From the IMG/VR virus record IMGVR_UViG_3300025520_000140, positions 1 to 58,594 of that record: a stretch of 58,594 nt of DNA, one strand, 5' to 3'. Both the position numbers and the translations under genes were made by a program. The stretch comes from a virus. Taxonomy: Duplodnaviria > Caudoviricetes. Shown piece after piece: positions 38,671 through 48,679 of the stretch. Below the pieces are notes generated by a model. The model did not search any database and was not told the DNA's origin. It saw only the letters and a list, made by a program, of their open reading frames with translations. Numbering within the stretch: the stretch's first letter is position 1; the number at the start of each line of letters is the position of its first letter.

Positions 38671-39799
38671 TGGAATTTTCCTCCTCATTGAAATCTTGTT
38701 TTGCCGTATTCATTGCCGGACGTTTATCGTTCGCCGGCACGAGCGTCGGCTTGCCTTGGGGCTTCTCGACCAGACTGCCGATTAATTCGGCGAATCTTGC
38801 CTTGCCGAGGGTCTTTTCCATTGCGGTGATGCCCAGCACCTTGCGTTCGTAAGGATCGAAGCCCGCCGCGCTGACGGCATTAGCGACCGCTTCCTCGTTT
38901 GTATACCTGCGGTTGGATCGGCCTTCGACCAATTTCCAGCCTGACCAGTGCTTGCCGCCGAGGGCGGCTTGCAGGGCGTAGTCCTTGATGTCCGAGGCCC
39001 ACGACACGAGGTCGTCAATCCTGCCGAGGATGGATTCAATTTCATCATCCTCCAAAAGTGGCGGCAGCTTGAATTCGTACTTTGCGAGTTCAATGTTACG
39101 CTCCGCCCGTTTGCGGCAGTCGTGCTTCGCCTTGCAGAACTGACACCAGTCGCCGCAACGGAATTCTCCTTCCCCGGCGTAGGCCAGTGCGGCGGCGGGC
39201 TTCAGCACTTCCTCCGCCCACTGATAGAGAGATTCCTTGAAAACCGTGTGAGTGGCGACGTTCTCGCGCCGGGGCTGATATACCGTCGTGCTGACCGTGC
39301 CGATGTCATAGATGCCGTCGAACAGCTCCAATGCGCCTAAGGCGTACAGCTTCATTTGCGGATTGTCGGTCACTTCGACCAAAACGCCCTGACCATGCTT
39401 GTAGTCCACGATGTGGAGCGTCCCGTCGGCGATGATTACGCAGTCGCCCGTTCCAAAACCGCCCTCCACGTACTTGGAGAAGTCGAGCCGCTGCTCGATA
39501 AGGATAACGGGGTCGGTGCAAGTCTGCTTTGCCGTTTCCACCAGTTCGAGGATATAGGCGGCGTAGCCGCTGGCGCATTCCTCCATCTCCTCCGAGTAAT
39601 ATGAGAGGTTGGCAGTCGGGTCTTTCGCCTTGATGCCGAGGGCTGTTTTCAGCTTGTACTCGCCGAGAGTATGGGCGTCCGTGCCTTCGGCGGCGTAGCT
39701 GCTGCCCCTGTCCTCGTATTGCTCGCAGAGCCGCGCAGACGGCGGGCAGTTCATCCACCGATGGCTTGAGGAAGCCGAGAGCAGGGCGTGTTTACCCAT
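38663..39799 (-). CDS. DUF2800 PD-(D/E)XK (Cas4-like) exonuclease
   Basis: HALLSASSS.RW..C, GTGD...DYK.G, Q..LYA, WC.FC...C. Confidence 0.88.
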   Translation of the reverse strand: MGKHALLSASSSHRWMNCPPSARLCEQYEDRGSSYAAEGTDAHTLGEYKLKTALGIKAKDPTANLSYYSEEMEECASGYAAYILELVETAKQTCTDPVILIEQRLDFSKYVEGGFGTGDCVIIADGTLHIVDYKHGQGVLVEVTDNPQMKLYALGALELFDGIYDIGTVSTTVYQPRRENVATHTVFKESLYQWAEEVLKPAAALAYAGEGEFRCGDWCQFCKAKHDCRKRAERNIELAKYEFKLPPLLEDDEIESILGRIDDLVSWASDIKDYALQAALGGKHWSGWKLVEGRSNRRYTNEEAVANAVSAAGFDPYERKVLGITAMEKTLGKARFAELIGSLVEKPQGKPTLVPANDKRPAMNTAKQDFNEEENSNG

Positions 39800-40118
39800 T
39801 TCCCAGTACCTCCGCTTCCGCGAGCAAGGCAGCATACTTGGCGGGGTTAATCTCCGATAGCTTCGCCGCGCTGTGCTTTTCGAGCAGTGCCCGAACCTCG
39901 GCGGTGTGGCCGTCGCGGGATTTTTCCGCAAGGACGGCTCGCACTTGCTCCAAAGTTATGGACTTTGGTTTCGGGGCGGGTAGTTCGGCTCCGTCCGGCA
40001 CCGGCGATGCGGCGGCTTGGCTATAAAAATTCCTTAAACCATCACAAGCACTAATGAGGGCTTGCGCGGCGGCGTGGAATTCCTGCAATACCAAATCAAG
40101 TTCACTCATCCTGCCCAT
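39792..40118 (-). CDS. Conserved phage replication-module protein
   Basis: ITLEQVRAVLA.KS..G....VR.LL.K.....LS; AAGGAGG RBS. Confidence 0.75.
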   Translation of the reverse strand: MGRMSELDLVLQEFHAAAQALISACDGLRNFYSQAAASPVPDGAELPAPKPKSITLEQVRAVLAEKSRDGHTAEVRALLEKHSAAKLSEINPAKYAALLAEAEVLGNG

Positions 40119-40284
40119 CAGGTGCACCTCCTTCCCCGGCAGGTTCGTCCCGCCTCTGCAGCGCGAGCAGCTTCTTGGCGAGGCGTTTGGACACGACGCT
40201 GATTGCGGTCAGGATGCCTGCTAATTCCTCGTCAAGGTTGCCGTCGCGCAAGTCCGTGTCCGTGTTTTTGGCCTTTGTTTCCAT
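40102..40284 (-). CDS. Small hypothetical protein
   Basis: GGAGG RBS; L.AISVVSKRLA.KL. Confidence 0.65.
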   Translation of the reverse strand: METKAKNTDTDLRDGNLDEELAGILTAISVVSKRLAKKLLALQRRDEPAGEGGAPDGQDE

Positions 40285-40317
40285 TGATCTACCTCCGTTT
40301 CCGGGGGAGGTCGTTCT

Positions 40318-40359
40318 CCCCTCACCATCCACAGGACAGCGAAAGGGGCGTTGGCAACC
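40318..40359 (-). promoter_or_regulatory. Repeated motif B copy 3
   Basis: Directly downstream of the sigma gene, upstream of the replication operon. Confidence 0.7.
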
Positions 40360-40382
40360 AACACCCCTGCGGTTTTTGAGAA

Positions 40383-40847
40383 TTATTTGTCTGCGCCCAT
40401 AATGCCGCGCAGCTTCTCGATGACTTTTTGCTTGCGTTTGCCGATAGCCTGATGGGAGATGCCGATTTCGGCGGCGTATTCCCGCTCAGTGCGGTCGTTG
40501 TAGAAAAGCGCGTTGATAAGTGACCGTTCGTCCGATTCCAGATCGTCAAGGGCGACCGCCAGTTGTTCAAGCAGCAGCTTGTCTGCCACGAATTCAGCTA
40601 AATCCACCGGATCGGTGATTTCATAGCCGTCGTCTGAGAATTTGTCTATTGAGAGGTCACCGCCATCGCGGAGTTTGGGGCATAACTTGCAATCTTTGGT
40701 GCAGCGAACCCCCTTCTCGTCGCGACACCGCTTGGCACGTTCTTTCCTCTTGTGCTCCGCCCATGCCGGACGCTTGTAAGCGCGGTATACTTCTTCTGTA
40801 ACGGGGATTTGCTCGCCGTCGATTTTGATAAAGCGTTGGTTTTCCAT
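40383..40847 (-). CDS. Phage-encoded sigma-70-family (region 4 HTH) factor
   Basis: ALDDL...ER.LI..LFY...TEREYA..IGIS..AI.KR; Cys cluster in the N-terminal half. Confidence 0.8.
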   Translation of the reverse strand: MENQRFIKIDGEQIPVTEEVYRAYKRPAWAEHKRKERAKRCRDEKGVRCTKDCKLCPKLRDGGDLSIDKFSDDGYEITDPVDLAEFVADKLLLEQLAVALDDLESDERSLINALFYNDRTEREYAAEIGISHQAIGKRKQKVIEKLRGIMGADK

Positions 40848-40850
40848 GTT

Positions 40851-40980
40851 CGACTCCTTTGCTTGTCAGGAATCCCTGAATCCGCCGGAGTCGCTGAATC
40901 CGCCACAAGACAGAAATAGACGACAGCGTGAACGCCCTTTCGGGTCGCCCGCACTGTCGTCAAAGCAATCTGGCGGATTC
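40851..40980 (-). other. Structured 5' leader of the sigma gene
   Basis: Nested stems 40896-40905/40971-40980 and 40919-40926/40954-40961, GAAA tetraloop, 7-nt anti-SD. Confidence 0.6.
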
Positions 40981-41028
40981 GGGTTTATTTGATTATGGGT
41001 TGCGTGTTGCGCGAATATTGGCGCACTC

Positions 41029-41208
41029 TTAAGAAGCGATAATGTAAACTTCTTCAGCTGCGCCGTTCCCTGAATCAAAACGAATCTTCAGTCCGTTTGT
41101 GGGGATCTCAATCATCGTGATTTTCTTGCCGTCCTTGATATAAAGGGTGCGTGTGCGCGCATCGACCATTCCGATGAGTTTCCCTTTTTGGGTTCTGACC
41201 TCGCTCAT
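41029..41208 (-). CDS. 59-aa protein absent from the ORF track (MSEVRTQKGKLIGMVD...)
   Basis: AAAGGAGG RBS, ATG 41208, TAA 41031-41029. Confidence 0.75.
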   Translation of the reverse strand: MSEVRTQKGKLIGMVDARTRTLYIKDGKKITMIEIPTNGLKIRFDSGNGAAEEVYIIAS

Positions 41209-41283
41209 GAAGGTTGTCCTCCTTTCTCTTAATCCTATTTTTGTTGCTTAACGTGTCTTTACAACTCTTAATGCTATTAAATC

Positions 41284-41312
41284 TTGACAAACTCCATATT
41301 ATGGTGTAAAAT
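41284..41312 (+). promoter_or_regulatory. SigA-type promoter of the cargo operon
   Basis: TTGACA-17-TAAAAT. Confidence 0.75.
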
Positions 41313-41488
41313 GTTTTAAAGTTTGCCTTAACGCTTGTAGATGAGCATTAACGTTGTTTGACCGTCGTCTGTATTAATGGTACAACGGCTTGTCCTTAGA
41401 AGCAGGAGCGCGAATGGGGGTCTTTTGCAGGGCGAAGGTGACTTTTTGGTGACTTTTTATAGCAACTCAAATTGGGAGGAAGGAAGGC

Positions 41489-42382
41489 ATGCGCTTCTGT
41501 GATTTTTTAAATAAGCTTTACGACCGTTTTCCTTGCTCCAATCAAGGTCAGTTCGCACTCGAAATCTTCTCTGCGCTTTGCGGTGAAACGAACCCTGTTA
41601 AAGCTAATAGACCCAATGACTTTGCATTTAGCAGTTGCTTGCCCTCTGGCTTGAGTGGCAGTGACCAAACAAGCAGAAAACGACTCTACGGTAATAACAG
41701 CAGATACAAGGGCTTGACAAACCCGGTAAAGACGCACATTCTAGCGAATGCCAGCAAAGCCACATTTGTTGCCTATTGCGAAGCCTTTATATCGGTGGAG
41801 GCATTAAAAGGATTATGTGACGATTTCGGCGTTTCCGCAGATGTGGGCAGGGCACTGGTTTTCGAAGGCCTCTTTGCGCAGTTCTTGGAATTTGCTAAAT
41901 CCGGTAGGGATAGTGCCCCCGATACCTTTGTCGCCGACTTCGTGACTGAGCGTCTGATGAACCCACCCGAGAAGACCGCCGAAAAAGAAAAAGCAGATTC
42001 CGCGCCAGTGCCCCTTTGCGCCGGAGATGACTTCCGCTTGGTAAGGCAAAACCCATCGAGACCACACAAAGCCGCTTTTTACGGTATGCTGACCCATCAC
42101 TGGGTAATCAAGAACAGCGGCGAGGCTGTTTGGGACGGGCGGTATATGGATTTTGTCAATGTCGGGGAAACGCCGCTGAAGCTGAGGCCGGAGGGCACTT
42201 GCATTGAAATAGAAAAAACCCCGCCGGGCAGCGAGGTTACAATAACTATCAATGTTGAAGCACGACACATTGAAGGAACACACGAGATTGTATTAGATAT
42301 GAAAGACAGCGAAGGGCGCCTCTGCTTCCCCGACAAAAGAGCAGAACTGCGCTTGCAGGTGACTGTGGGGTGGACAAAATGA
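41489..42382 (+). CDS. Unknown protein with C-terminal NBR1-Ig-like (FW) domain
   Basis: HHWVIKNSGEAVW...PPGSEVTITI...G.H.....M.DSEG..CF; GGAGG RBS. Confidence 0.65.
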   Translation: MRFCDFLNKLYDRFPCSNQGQFALEIFSALCGETNPVKANRPNDFAFSSCLPSGLSGSDQTSRKRLYGNNSRYKGLTNPVKTHILANASKATFVAYCEAFISVEALKGLCDDFGVSADVGRALVFEGLFAQFLEFAKSGRDSAPDTFVADFVTERLMNPPEKTAEKEKADSAPVPLCAGDDFRLVRQNPSRPHKAAFYGMLTHHWVIKNSGEAVWDGRYMDFVNVGETPLKLRPEGTCIEIEKTPPGSEVTITINVEARHIEGTHEIVLDMKDSEGRLCFPDKRAELRLQVTVGWTK

Positions 42383-42417
42383 AATCTGAATCCAAGTCAA
42401 AAAACGGAGGTTTAAGA

Positions 42418-42639
42418 ATGCCGAGGCATGATATTGAAAAATGGGCTTCGATGAATGAATTATTGGAATACCTCGATGTGAGCCGCGAAGCGGTTCTGCG
42501 GTGGATTGCCCATCGAAATATGCCCGCGCACAAGGTCGGGCGGCTATGGAAGTTCAAATTTTCTGAAGTAGATGAATGGATTCGTTCTGGCGGAGCGGAC
42601 GATCGCGACGACCAAAAAGATACGCAAACGGAGGAATAA
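42418..42639 (+). CDS. Excisionase-like HTH (HTH_17) protein
   Basis: EYL.VS...V.RWI....[18 protein letters not shown]. Confidence 0.88.
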   Translation: MPRHDIEKWASMNELLEYLDVSREAVLRWIAHRNMPAHKVGRLWKFKFSEVDEWIRSGGADDRDDQKDTQTEE

Positions 42640-42643
42640 GACA

Positions 42644-44233
42644 ATGGGGAGAGCTAAGAAAGAAGTAAAAGAACAGCCTGTCGAGCAGGTGCTTTGGGCA
42701 TCTGCCGATAAGCTGCGTAAAAATATGGATGCCGCGGAGTATAAGCACGTTGTCCTTGGGCTTATCTTCCTTAAATACATATCAGATAACTTCTATGAGT
42801 TGTATCACAAACTTGAGTCTGGCGAAGGCGATTATGCCGGAGCCGACCCGAACGACCCATATGAGTACCGAGCGGAGAATGTCTTTTATGTGCCGCCACA
42901 GGCTCGCTGGGACTACCTGCAAGGCCGGGCAAAACTTGCTACCATCGGAAAAGACGTAGACGATGCTATGGATGCGATTGAAAAGGACAACCCGTCCCTT
43001 AAGGGGGTATTGCCAAAAGAATATGCTAAAGAAAAACTGGACAAGCAGTCGCTTGGCGGGTTAATTGACATCATCAGCACCATTGCACTCGGTGACAGTG
43101 TTTCGCGCTCCAATGACGTACTTGGTAGGGTTTATGAATACTTCCTCGGTCAATTTGCCCTAGCTGAGGGTAAGAAGGGCGGACAGTTCTATACGCCGCG
43201 ATGCGTTGTTCAACTGCTCGTTGAGATGCTCGAGCCGTACGAAGGCCGAGTATTTGATCCATGTTGCGGTTCAGGCGGTATGTTTGTACAAAGCGAGAAA
43301 TTTATCGAAGCTCATGCTGACCGTTATAATGGCAAGGCAAAGGAAATCGATAAGCTGTTTGAGAGCGTTGTGTCTGTTTATGGGCAGGAAAGCAACCAGA
43401 CCACTTGGCGGCTGTGTAAGATGAATCTTGCTATGCGCGGTATCGACAGCTCCAACGTGAAATGGAACAACGAAGGTTCCTTTCTTAATGATGCGCATCC
43501 CGATCTCAAGGCTGACTTCGTCATCGCCAATCCGCCGTTTAACGACAGCGACTGGTCCGGTGAACTGCTCCGTACGGACGGACGTTGGCAATACAGTAAA
43601 GAAACCCCGCCACCTGCAGGCAACGCTAACTATGCTTGGATTCAGCACTTTATCTATCACTTAAATCCGAAAGGTACGGCGGGCTTTGTGCTTGCAAAAG
43701 GCTCTCTCTCCTCAAAGACGAACGGCGAGGACAAAATCCGCAAGGCGCTGATTGATGCAGGGCTTGTAGACTGCATTGTGAATTTACCAACAAAATTGTT
43801 CCTCAATACGCAGATACCAGCTTGCCTGTGGTTTCTTTCACGTGCTAAGGAAAATGATCCGAACCACCCGCGACGTGATAAGATTCTATTCATTGACGCT
43901 CGGAATATGGGGACACTCATCAGCCGTAAAACTCGTGAGCTTACTGCTGAGGACATCAAGATGATTGCTGCGACCTATCACAACTGGAAAACAGGCAAAG
44001 ATTACGAGGATATGCCGGGTTTCTGCAAGTCTGCGCTTGTATCTGAAGTCTCCACACTTGATTATATTCTCACGCCAGGGCGGTACATTGGTTTACCCGA
44101 TGATGAAGATGATTTTAACTTTGAAGAGCGTGTCAAAACGCTGACGTCTGAGCTAAATGCGCAGATGGAGGAAAGCGCAAAGTTGGACGTAAGAATAAAG
44201 GAAAACCTGGTAAAAGTGGGGATTGAGCTATGA
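42644..44233 (+). CDS. hsdM: Type I R-M methyltransferase subunit
   Basis: [25 protein letters not shown]. Confidence 0.96.
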   Translation: MGRAKKEVKEQPVEQVLWASADKLRKNMDAAEYKHVVLGLIFLKYISDNFYELYHKLESGEGDYAGADPNDPYEYRAENVFYVPPQARWDYLQGRAKLATIGKDVDDAMDAIEKDNPSLKGVLPKEYAKEKLDKQSLGGLIDIISTIALGDSVSRSNDVLGRVYEYFLGQFALAEGKKGGQFYTPRCVVQLLVEMLEPYEGRVFDPCCGSGGMFVQSEKFIEAHADRYNGKAKEIDKLFESVVSVYGQESNQTTWRLCKMNLAMRGIDSSNVKWNNEGSFLNDAHPDLKADFVIANPPFNDSDWSGELLRTDGRWQYSKETPPPAGNANYAWIQHFIYHLNPKGTAGFVLAKGSLSSKTNGEDKIRKALIDAGLVDCIVNLPTKLFLNTQIPACLWFLSRAKENDPNHPRRDKILFIDARNMGTLISRKTRELTAEDIKMIAATYHNWKTGKDYEDMPGFCKSALVSEVSTLDYILTPGRYIGLPDDEDDFNFEERVKTLTSELNAQMEESAKLDVRIKENLVKVGIEL

Positions 44234-45390
44234 CGGAGTGGAGAGAGTGTAAGCTTAGGGAATTAGCAGACTTTAATCCTGATAGTTTAGCTGCTAATAA
44301 TAAACTGCAATTTATTAGTTATTTAGATACAGGTAGTATAACAAAAGGCAAAATTAATACTGTACAGCATTTAAATTTGTCTGTTGATAAAGTTCCAAGC
44401 AGAGCGAAAAGAATTGTTAATAAAAATGATATTGTTTACTCAACAGTAAGACCAAATCAAGAACACTATGGAATTATTAAAAATCCAGTTGATAATATGA
44501 TAGTCTCAACTGGTTTTACAGTAATACGCTCAAAAGAAGATAAATGTTATAGTGATTTTCTGTATTATTTTTTAACATTACCAGAAAACACAGGGTATTT
44601 ATCAAATGTTGCAGAAGATTCAACAACAGCATATCCGTCTATAACACCGAATGTCATTATGGATATGGATATTTTCCTCCCCCCCCTTCCCGAGCAAGAA
44701 GCCATAGCGGAGGTTTTATCCTCCCTCGACGACAAAATCGACCTGCTAATGAGGCAGAATACTACGCTTGAAACCTTAGCGCAAACCTACTTCCGGCAGT
44801 GGTTTGTGGAAGGTGCGAACGAGGATTGGGAAGAAAAGGGGCTTGATGAGATCGCTGATTTCCTAAATGGATTGCCACTTCAAAAATATCCGTACAAATA
44901 TGGCGAGCCGGTATACGCTATCAAAATTAAAGAGCTTAACAGCGGATATAGCGACAATTCCGACATATGCTCAGCAGACGTGCCAGAAAAGTATATTGTC
45001 AATCCTGGTGATATTGTGTTTTCGTGGTCGGGTAGTCTGGTGGTTGACATATGGAAGTACGGGAAAGGGGCATTAAATCAACACCTGTTCAAGGTGACAT
45101 CCGACAAGTATCCGAAGTGGTTTTACTACTACTGGATTAAGTATCACCTGCCAGAGTTTCGGATTATTGCTGAATCAAAGGCGACAACGATGGGGCATAT
45201 ACAGCGCGGTCATCTCACCGCTGCAAAAGTCCTCGTTCCGAGTGACTGCGAACTAACGGTAATGGATAAAACGATGCAACCACTAATTGAAAAAATAGAA
45301 CAAAATAACGCACAAATCCTGACCCTACAAAAACTCCGCGACACGCTGCTGCCTAAACTAATCAGCGGTGAAGTTCGCGTTAAACAATAA
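44230..45390 (+). CDS. hsdS: Type I R-M specificity subunit
   Basis: Two TRDs; PPLPEQ..IA..L..LDDKI; [11 protein letters not shown]. Confidence 0.95.
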   Translation: MTEWRECKLRELADFNPDSLAANNKLQFISYLDTGSITKGKINTVQHLNLSVDKVPSRAKRIVNKNDIVYSTVRPNQEHYGIIKNPVDNMIVSTGFTVIRSKEDKCYSDFLYYFLTLPENTGYLSNVAEDSTTAYPSITPNVIMDMDIFLPPLPEQEAIAEVLSSLDDKIDLLMRQNTTLETLAQTYFRQWFVEGANEDWEEKGLDEIADFLNGLPLQKYPYKYGEPVYAIKIKELNSGYSDNSDICSADVPEKYIVNPGDIVFSWSGSLVVDIWKYGKGALNQHLFKVTSDKYPKWFYYYWIKYHLPEFRIIAESKATTMGHIQRGHLTAAKVLVPSDCELTVMDKTMQPLIEKIEQNNAQILTLQKLRDTLLPKLISGEVRVKQ

Positions 45391-45404
45391 GGAGGTGCCC
45401 GTCA

Positions 45405-48400
45405 ATGCCTAAACTGTGTGAATCCGCAGTAGAAGAAATGGTTATCGAGGAACTGCAAAACCTAGGCTACATCTACATAGCAGGTGTTGACCTTGCGCCC
45501 GATGCACTTAATCCCGAATGAAAAAGCTACGGGGATGTTCTGCTTATGAGGAGACTTCAGGGGGCACTTTCCAAGCTAAATCCGACCATACCCGCTGATG
45601 CTATTCAGGGCGCGATTCGTAAATTATCAAGGATAGCCACCTCGAATATGCTCGCTGACAACGAGGAGTTCCACCGTATGCTCGTTGATGGCATACCTGT
45701 GGAATACCGTAAAGGCGCAGACATTAAGGGTGACTATGTCCATGTGGTTGACTTTGAGAACCCGCTGAACAACGAGTTCCTCGTAGTTAACCAGTATACC
45801 ATCGTTCAAAACAATAACAACAAACGCCCCGACGTGCTGCTGTTCGTCAACGGCATTCCGCTTGTAATATTCGAACTGAAAAACCCCGCCGATGAGAACG
45901 CCACCTGCCACAAGGCGTTTGACCAGTTACAGGCGTACAAGCTGGCGATACCGGGGCTTTTCACCTACAACGAAATCTGCGTCATCTCCGATGGCTTAGA
46001 GGCAAAGGCGGGGTCGCTGACCGCGTCTTATTCCCGTTTCAGCGCGTGGAAGACGAAGGATGGCATCAAAGAAGCAGCCAAGTTTGATGACGAACTATCG
46101 ACGCTGATACATGGGCTTTGTGCTCCAACGACGCTTATTGATTACATACAAAGTTTCATAACCTACGAAAAGACTCATACCGAGGATAAAGAAACCAAAA
46201 TCGTTAAGGTGGAGACAGTCAAAAAAATAGCGGCTTATCATCAGTATTACGCTGTGAACAAGGCAGTGGAACAGACTATCCGTGCCAGTGGGGTAACTAC
46301 ATCCTCTCTAATGTTTCGTGAAGACCCTGAAAAGTACGGACTTCCGGCCGCTAAAGACCAGCCGAGGGGAGACCGTAAGGCGGGCGTGGTATGGCACACA
46401 CAGGGTGCTGGCAAGTCGCTTTCGATGGTGTTCTATGCGGGCAAAATCGTGAGAAAGCTAAACAATCCAACTATTCTTGTCATAAACGATCGCAATGATC
46501 TCGACGACCAGTTATTCGATACATTCGCCGGCAACAGCGATCTCCTGCGCCAGCCGCCGCAACAAGCGGATTCTTGCGAGGAACTGAAAACTATGCTGAA
46601 AGTTGCATCCGGCGGCATCGTGTTTACCACCATACAGAAGTTCATTCCCGATAACAATGCCTCGGTCTATGAACTGCTGTCTTCCCGTAACAATATCGTG
46701 GTTATTGCAGATGAAGCGCACCGTACTCAGTACGGCTTCAACGCTAGGCTCCGCGACATCAAAGAGAACGGTGAGGTTGTCGGTCAGCGAATTGCTTACG
46801 GCTTTGCCAAATATATCCGCGACGCACTACCGAACGCGACGTTTATTGGCTTTACTGGTACACCTGTCGAAAAGCAGGACGCGAACACCCCTGCCGTTTT
46901 CGGCAACTATATCGACATCTACGACATCGCTCAAGCGGTGGAAGATAACGTGACCGTCCGCATATTCTACGAAAGTCGCCTCGCAAAAGTGAACCTCACC
47001 GAAGAAGGGAAGCATCTTGTGGAGCAGTTTGACGCGGAACTGGACGAGGTGGGGGAAACCGACGAAGCAACTGCTGCCAAGATAAAATGGGCAAAGCTGG
47101 AAGCCATCGTTGGTAACGAAGACAGGATTCGAATCCTCGCCAATGACATCGTTACCCACTTTGAGGAGCGGCAGAAGGTATTCGAGGGGAAAGCTCTCAT
47201 TGTCGCGATGAGTCGCCGAATTGCTGTCTCCTTATATGATGCGATAATTAAGCTGCGCCCCGAATGGCACAGTGACGACTTGGATAAAGGCGTTATAAAA
47301 GTCGTGATGACTTCGAGCAGTTCGGACGGTGCGGCGATTCAAAAGCACCATACAACAAAAGCACAACGGAAAGCCCTCGCCCTTCGGCTGAAGGACGAGA
47401 ATGACCCGTTGAAAATAGTCATTGTCCGCGATATGTGGCTCACAGGTTTTGATGCTCCGTGTCTGAACACAATGTACATTGACAAACCGATGAAAGACCA
47501 CAACCTTATGCAGGCCATCGCCCGTGTCAATCGTGTTTTCAAAGACAAGCCCGGCGGTTTGATAGTTGACTACATCGGTATAGCCACGAATCTAAAAAAG
47601 GCTCTTGGCTTCTACGCTGAAAGCGGGGGCAAAGGCGTCCCCGCTGAAACACACCAGAAAGCTGTTGAGATCATGCTTGAAAAACTGCAGGTCGTGCGTG
47701 GCATCCTTCACGGCTTCGATTACTCAGCATTTTTCTCCGGCGCTGTTAAGGATAAGCTGTCGCTTATCCTACAAACAGAGGACTTCATTCTCGGTGTAGA
47801 CGACGGTAAAAACCGTTATGTCCGAGAGGTGTCGCTACTCGGGCAGGCATACGCTCTTGCGAAGCCCGACCCAAAGACTTTTGAACATGCGGAGGAGATA
47901 GCGTTTTTCCAAGCGGTCAAGGCTCGGCTGACAAAGTTTGAGACCGGCGGCACCGGCAGGGACGATAGTTACGATTCGGTCATACGCAACATAGTAAACT
48001 CCGCCATCGCCTCTGACCAAGTGGTGGATATCTTTAGTGCAGCTGGGCTTGAAAAGCCGGAACTCTCCATTCTTTCGGAGGAATTCCTGAAAGAAATTGA
48101 GGGGATGAAGTACAAGAACGTCGCCATTGAACTGCTGAAGAAGCTGCTTTCCGATGAGATAAAACTACGCTCCAAGCATAACCTGGCCAAATCAAAGTCG
48201 CTGATGGAGATGCTTGACGGGGCGATAAAACGATATCAGAACAATCTGCTGACCACGGCAGAGATTATCGAGGAACTCATCCGCATAGCCCGTGAAATCA
48301 ATGCTGCAGACAAGCGCGGTCAGGATATGGGGCTTTCGGAGGACGAGCTCGCGTTCTATGACGCTCTCGAAACGAACGACAGCGCGGTGAAGGTTTTGGG

Positions 48401-48626
48401 TGACGACCAGTTGCGGGCAATCGCACGGGAGATAGCAGACAAGGTCAGAAAAAATGCGACCATCGACTTTGCTATCAAGGAAACAGCCCGCGCCCGGATT
48501 ATGGTTATCGTTCGGAGGATACTTAACAAGTACGGCTATCCTCCGGATAAACAGCCTGCTGCCATAGATCTTGTTATGAAGCAGGCGGAAAATCTGGCAG
48601 ATATCTGGACTGCAGAGTTGAAATAG
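45405..48626 (+). pseudogene. hsdR: Type I R-M restriction subunit with in-frame TGA at codon 39 (1026-aa remainder from ATG 45546)
   Basis: GGAGGT RBS then ATG 45405; TGA at 45519-45521; RPD...ELK, WHTQGAGKS, DEAHR, FTGTP, QAIARVNR intact. Confidence 0.8.
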
Positions 48627-48679
48627 AAAAGGCGGCAATCGCGTAGAAGTAAACAGCTTATGGGGGAGGGAGAAGGCAA

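Noticed and set aside
38663-39799. Cas4-like nuclease as a sign of CRISPR-Cas
   Set aside because: No array or other cas genes seen; it sits in the usual SSB-PolA phage replication module.
26886-39931. Extended N-termini in the ORF track (28409, 34545, 34957, 35468, 37703, 39931)
   Set aside because: They overlap upstream genes or motifs; internal starts with RBS or ATGA coupling fit better.
45519-45521. Selenocysteine or recoded TGA in hsdR
   Set aside because: The context suggests Arg, not a catalytic Cys; TGA ends many other genes in this window.
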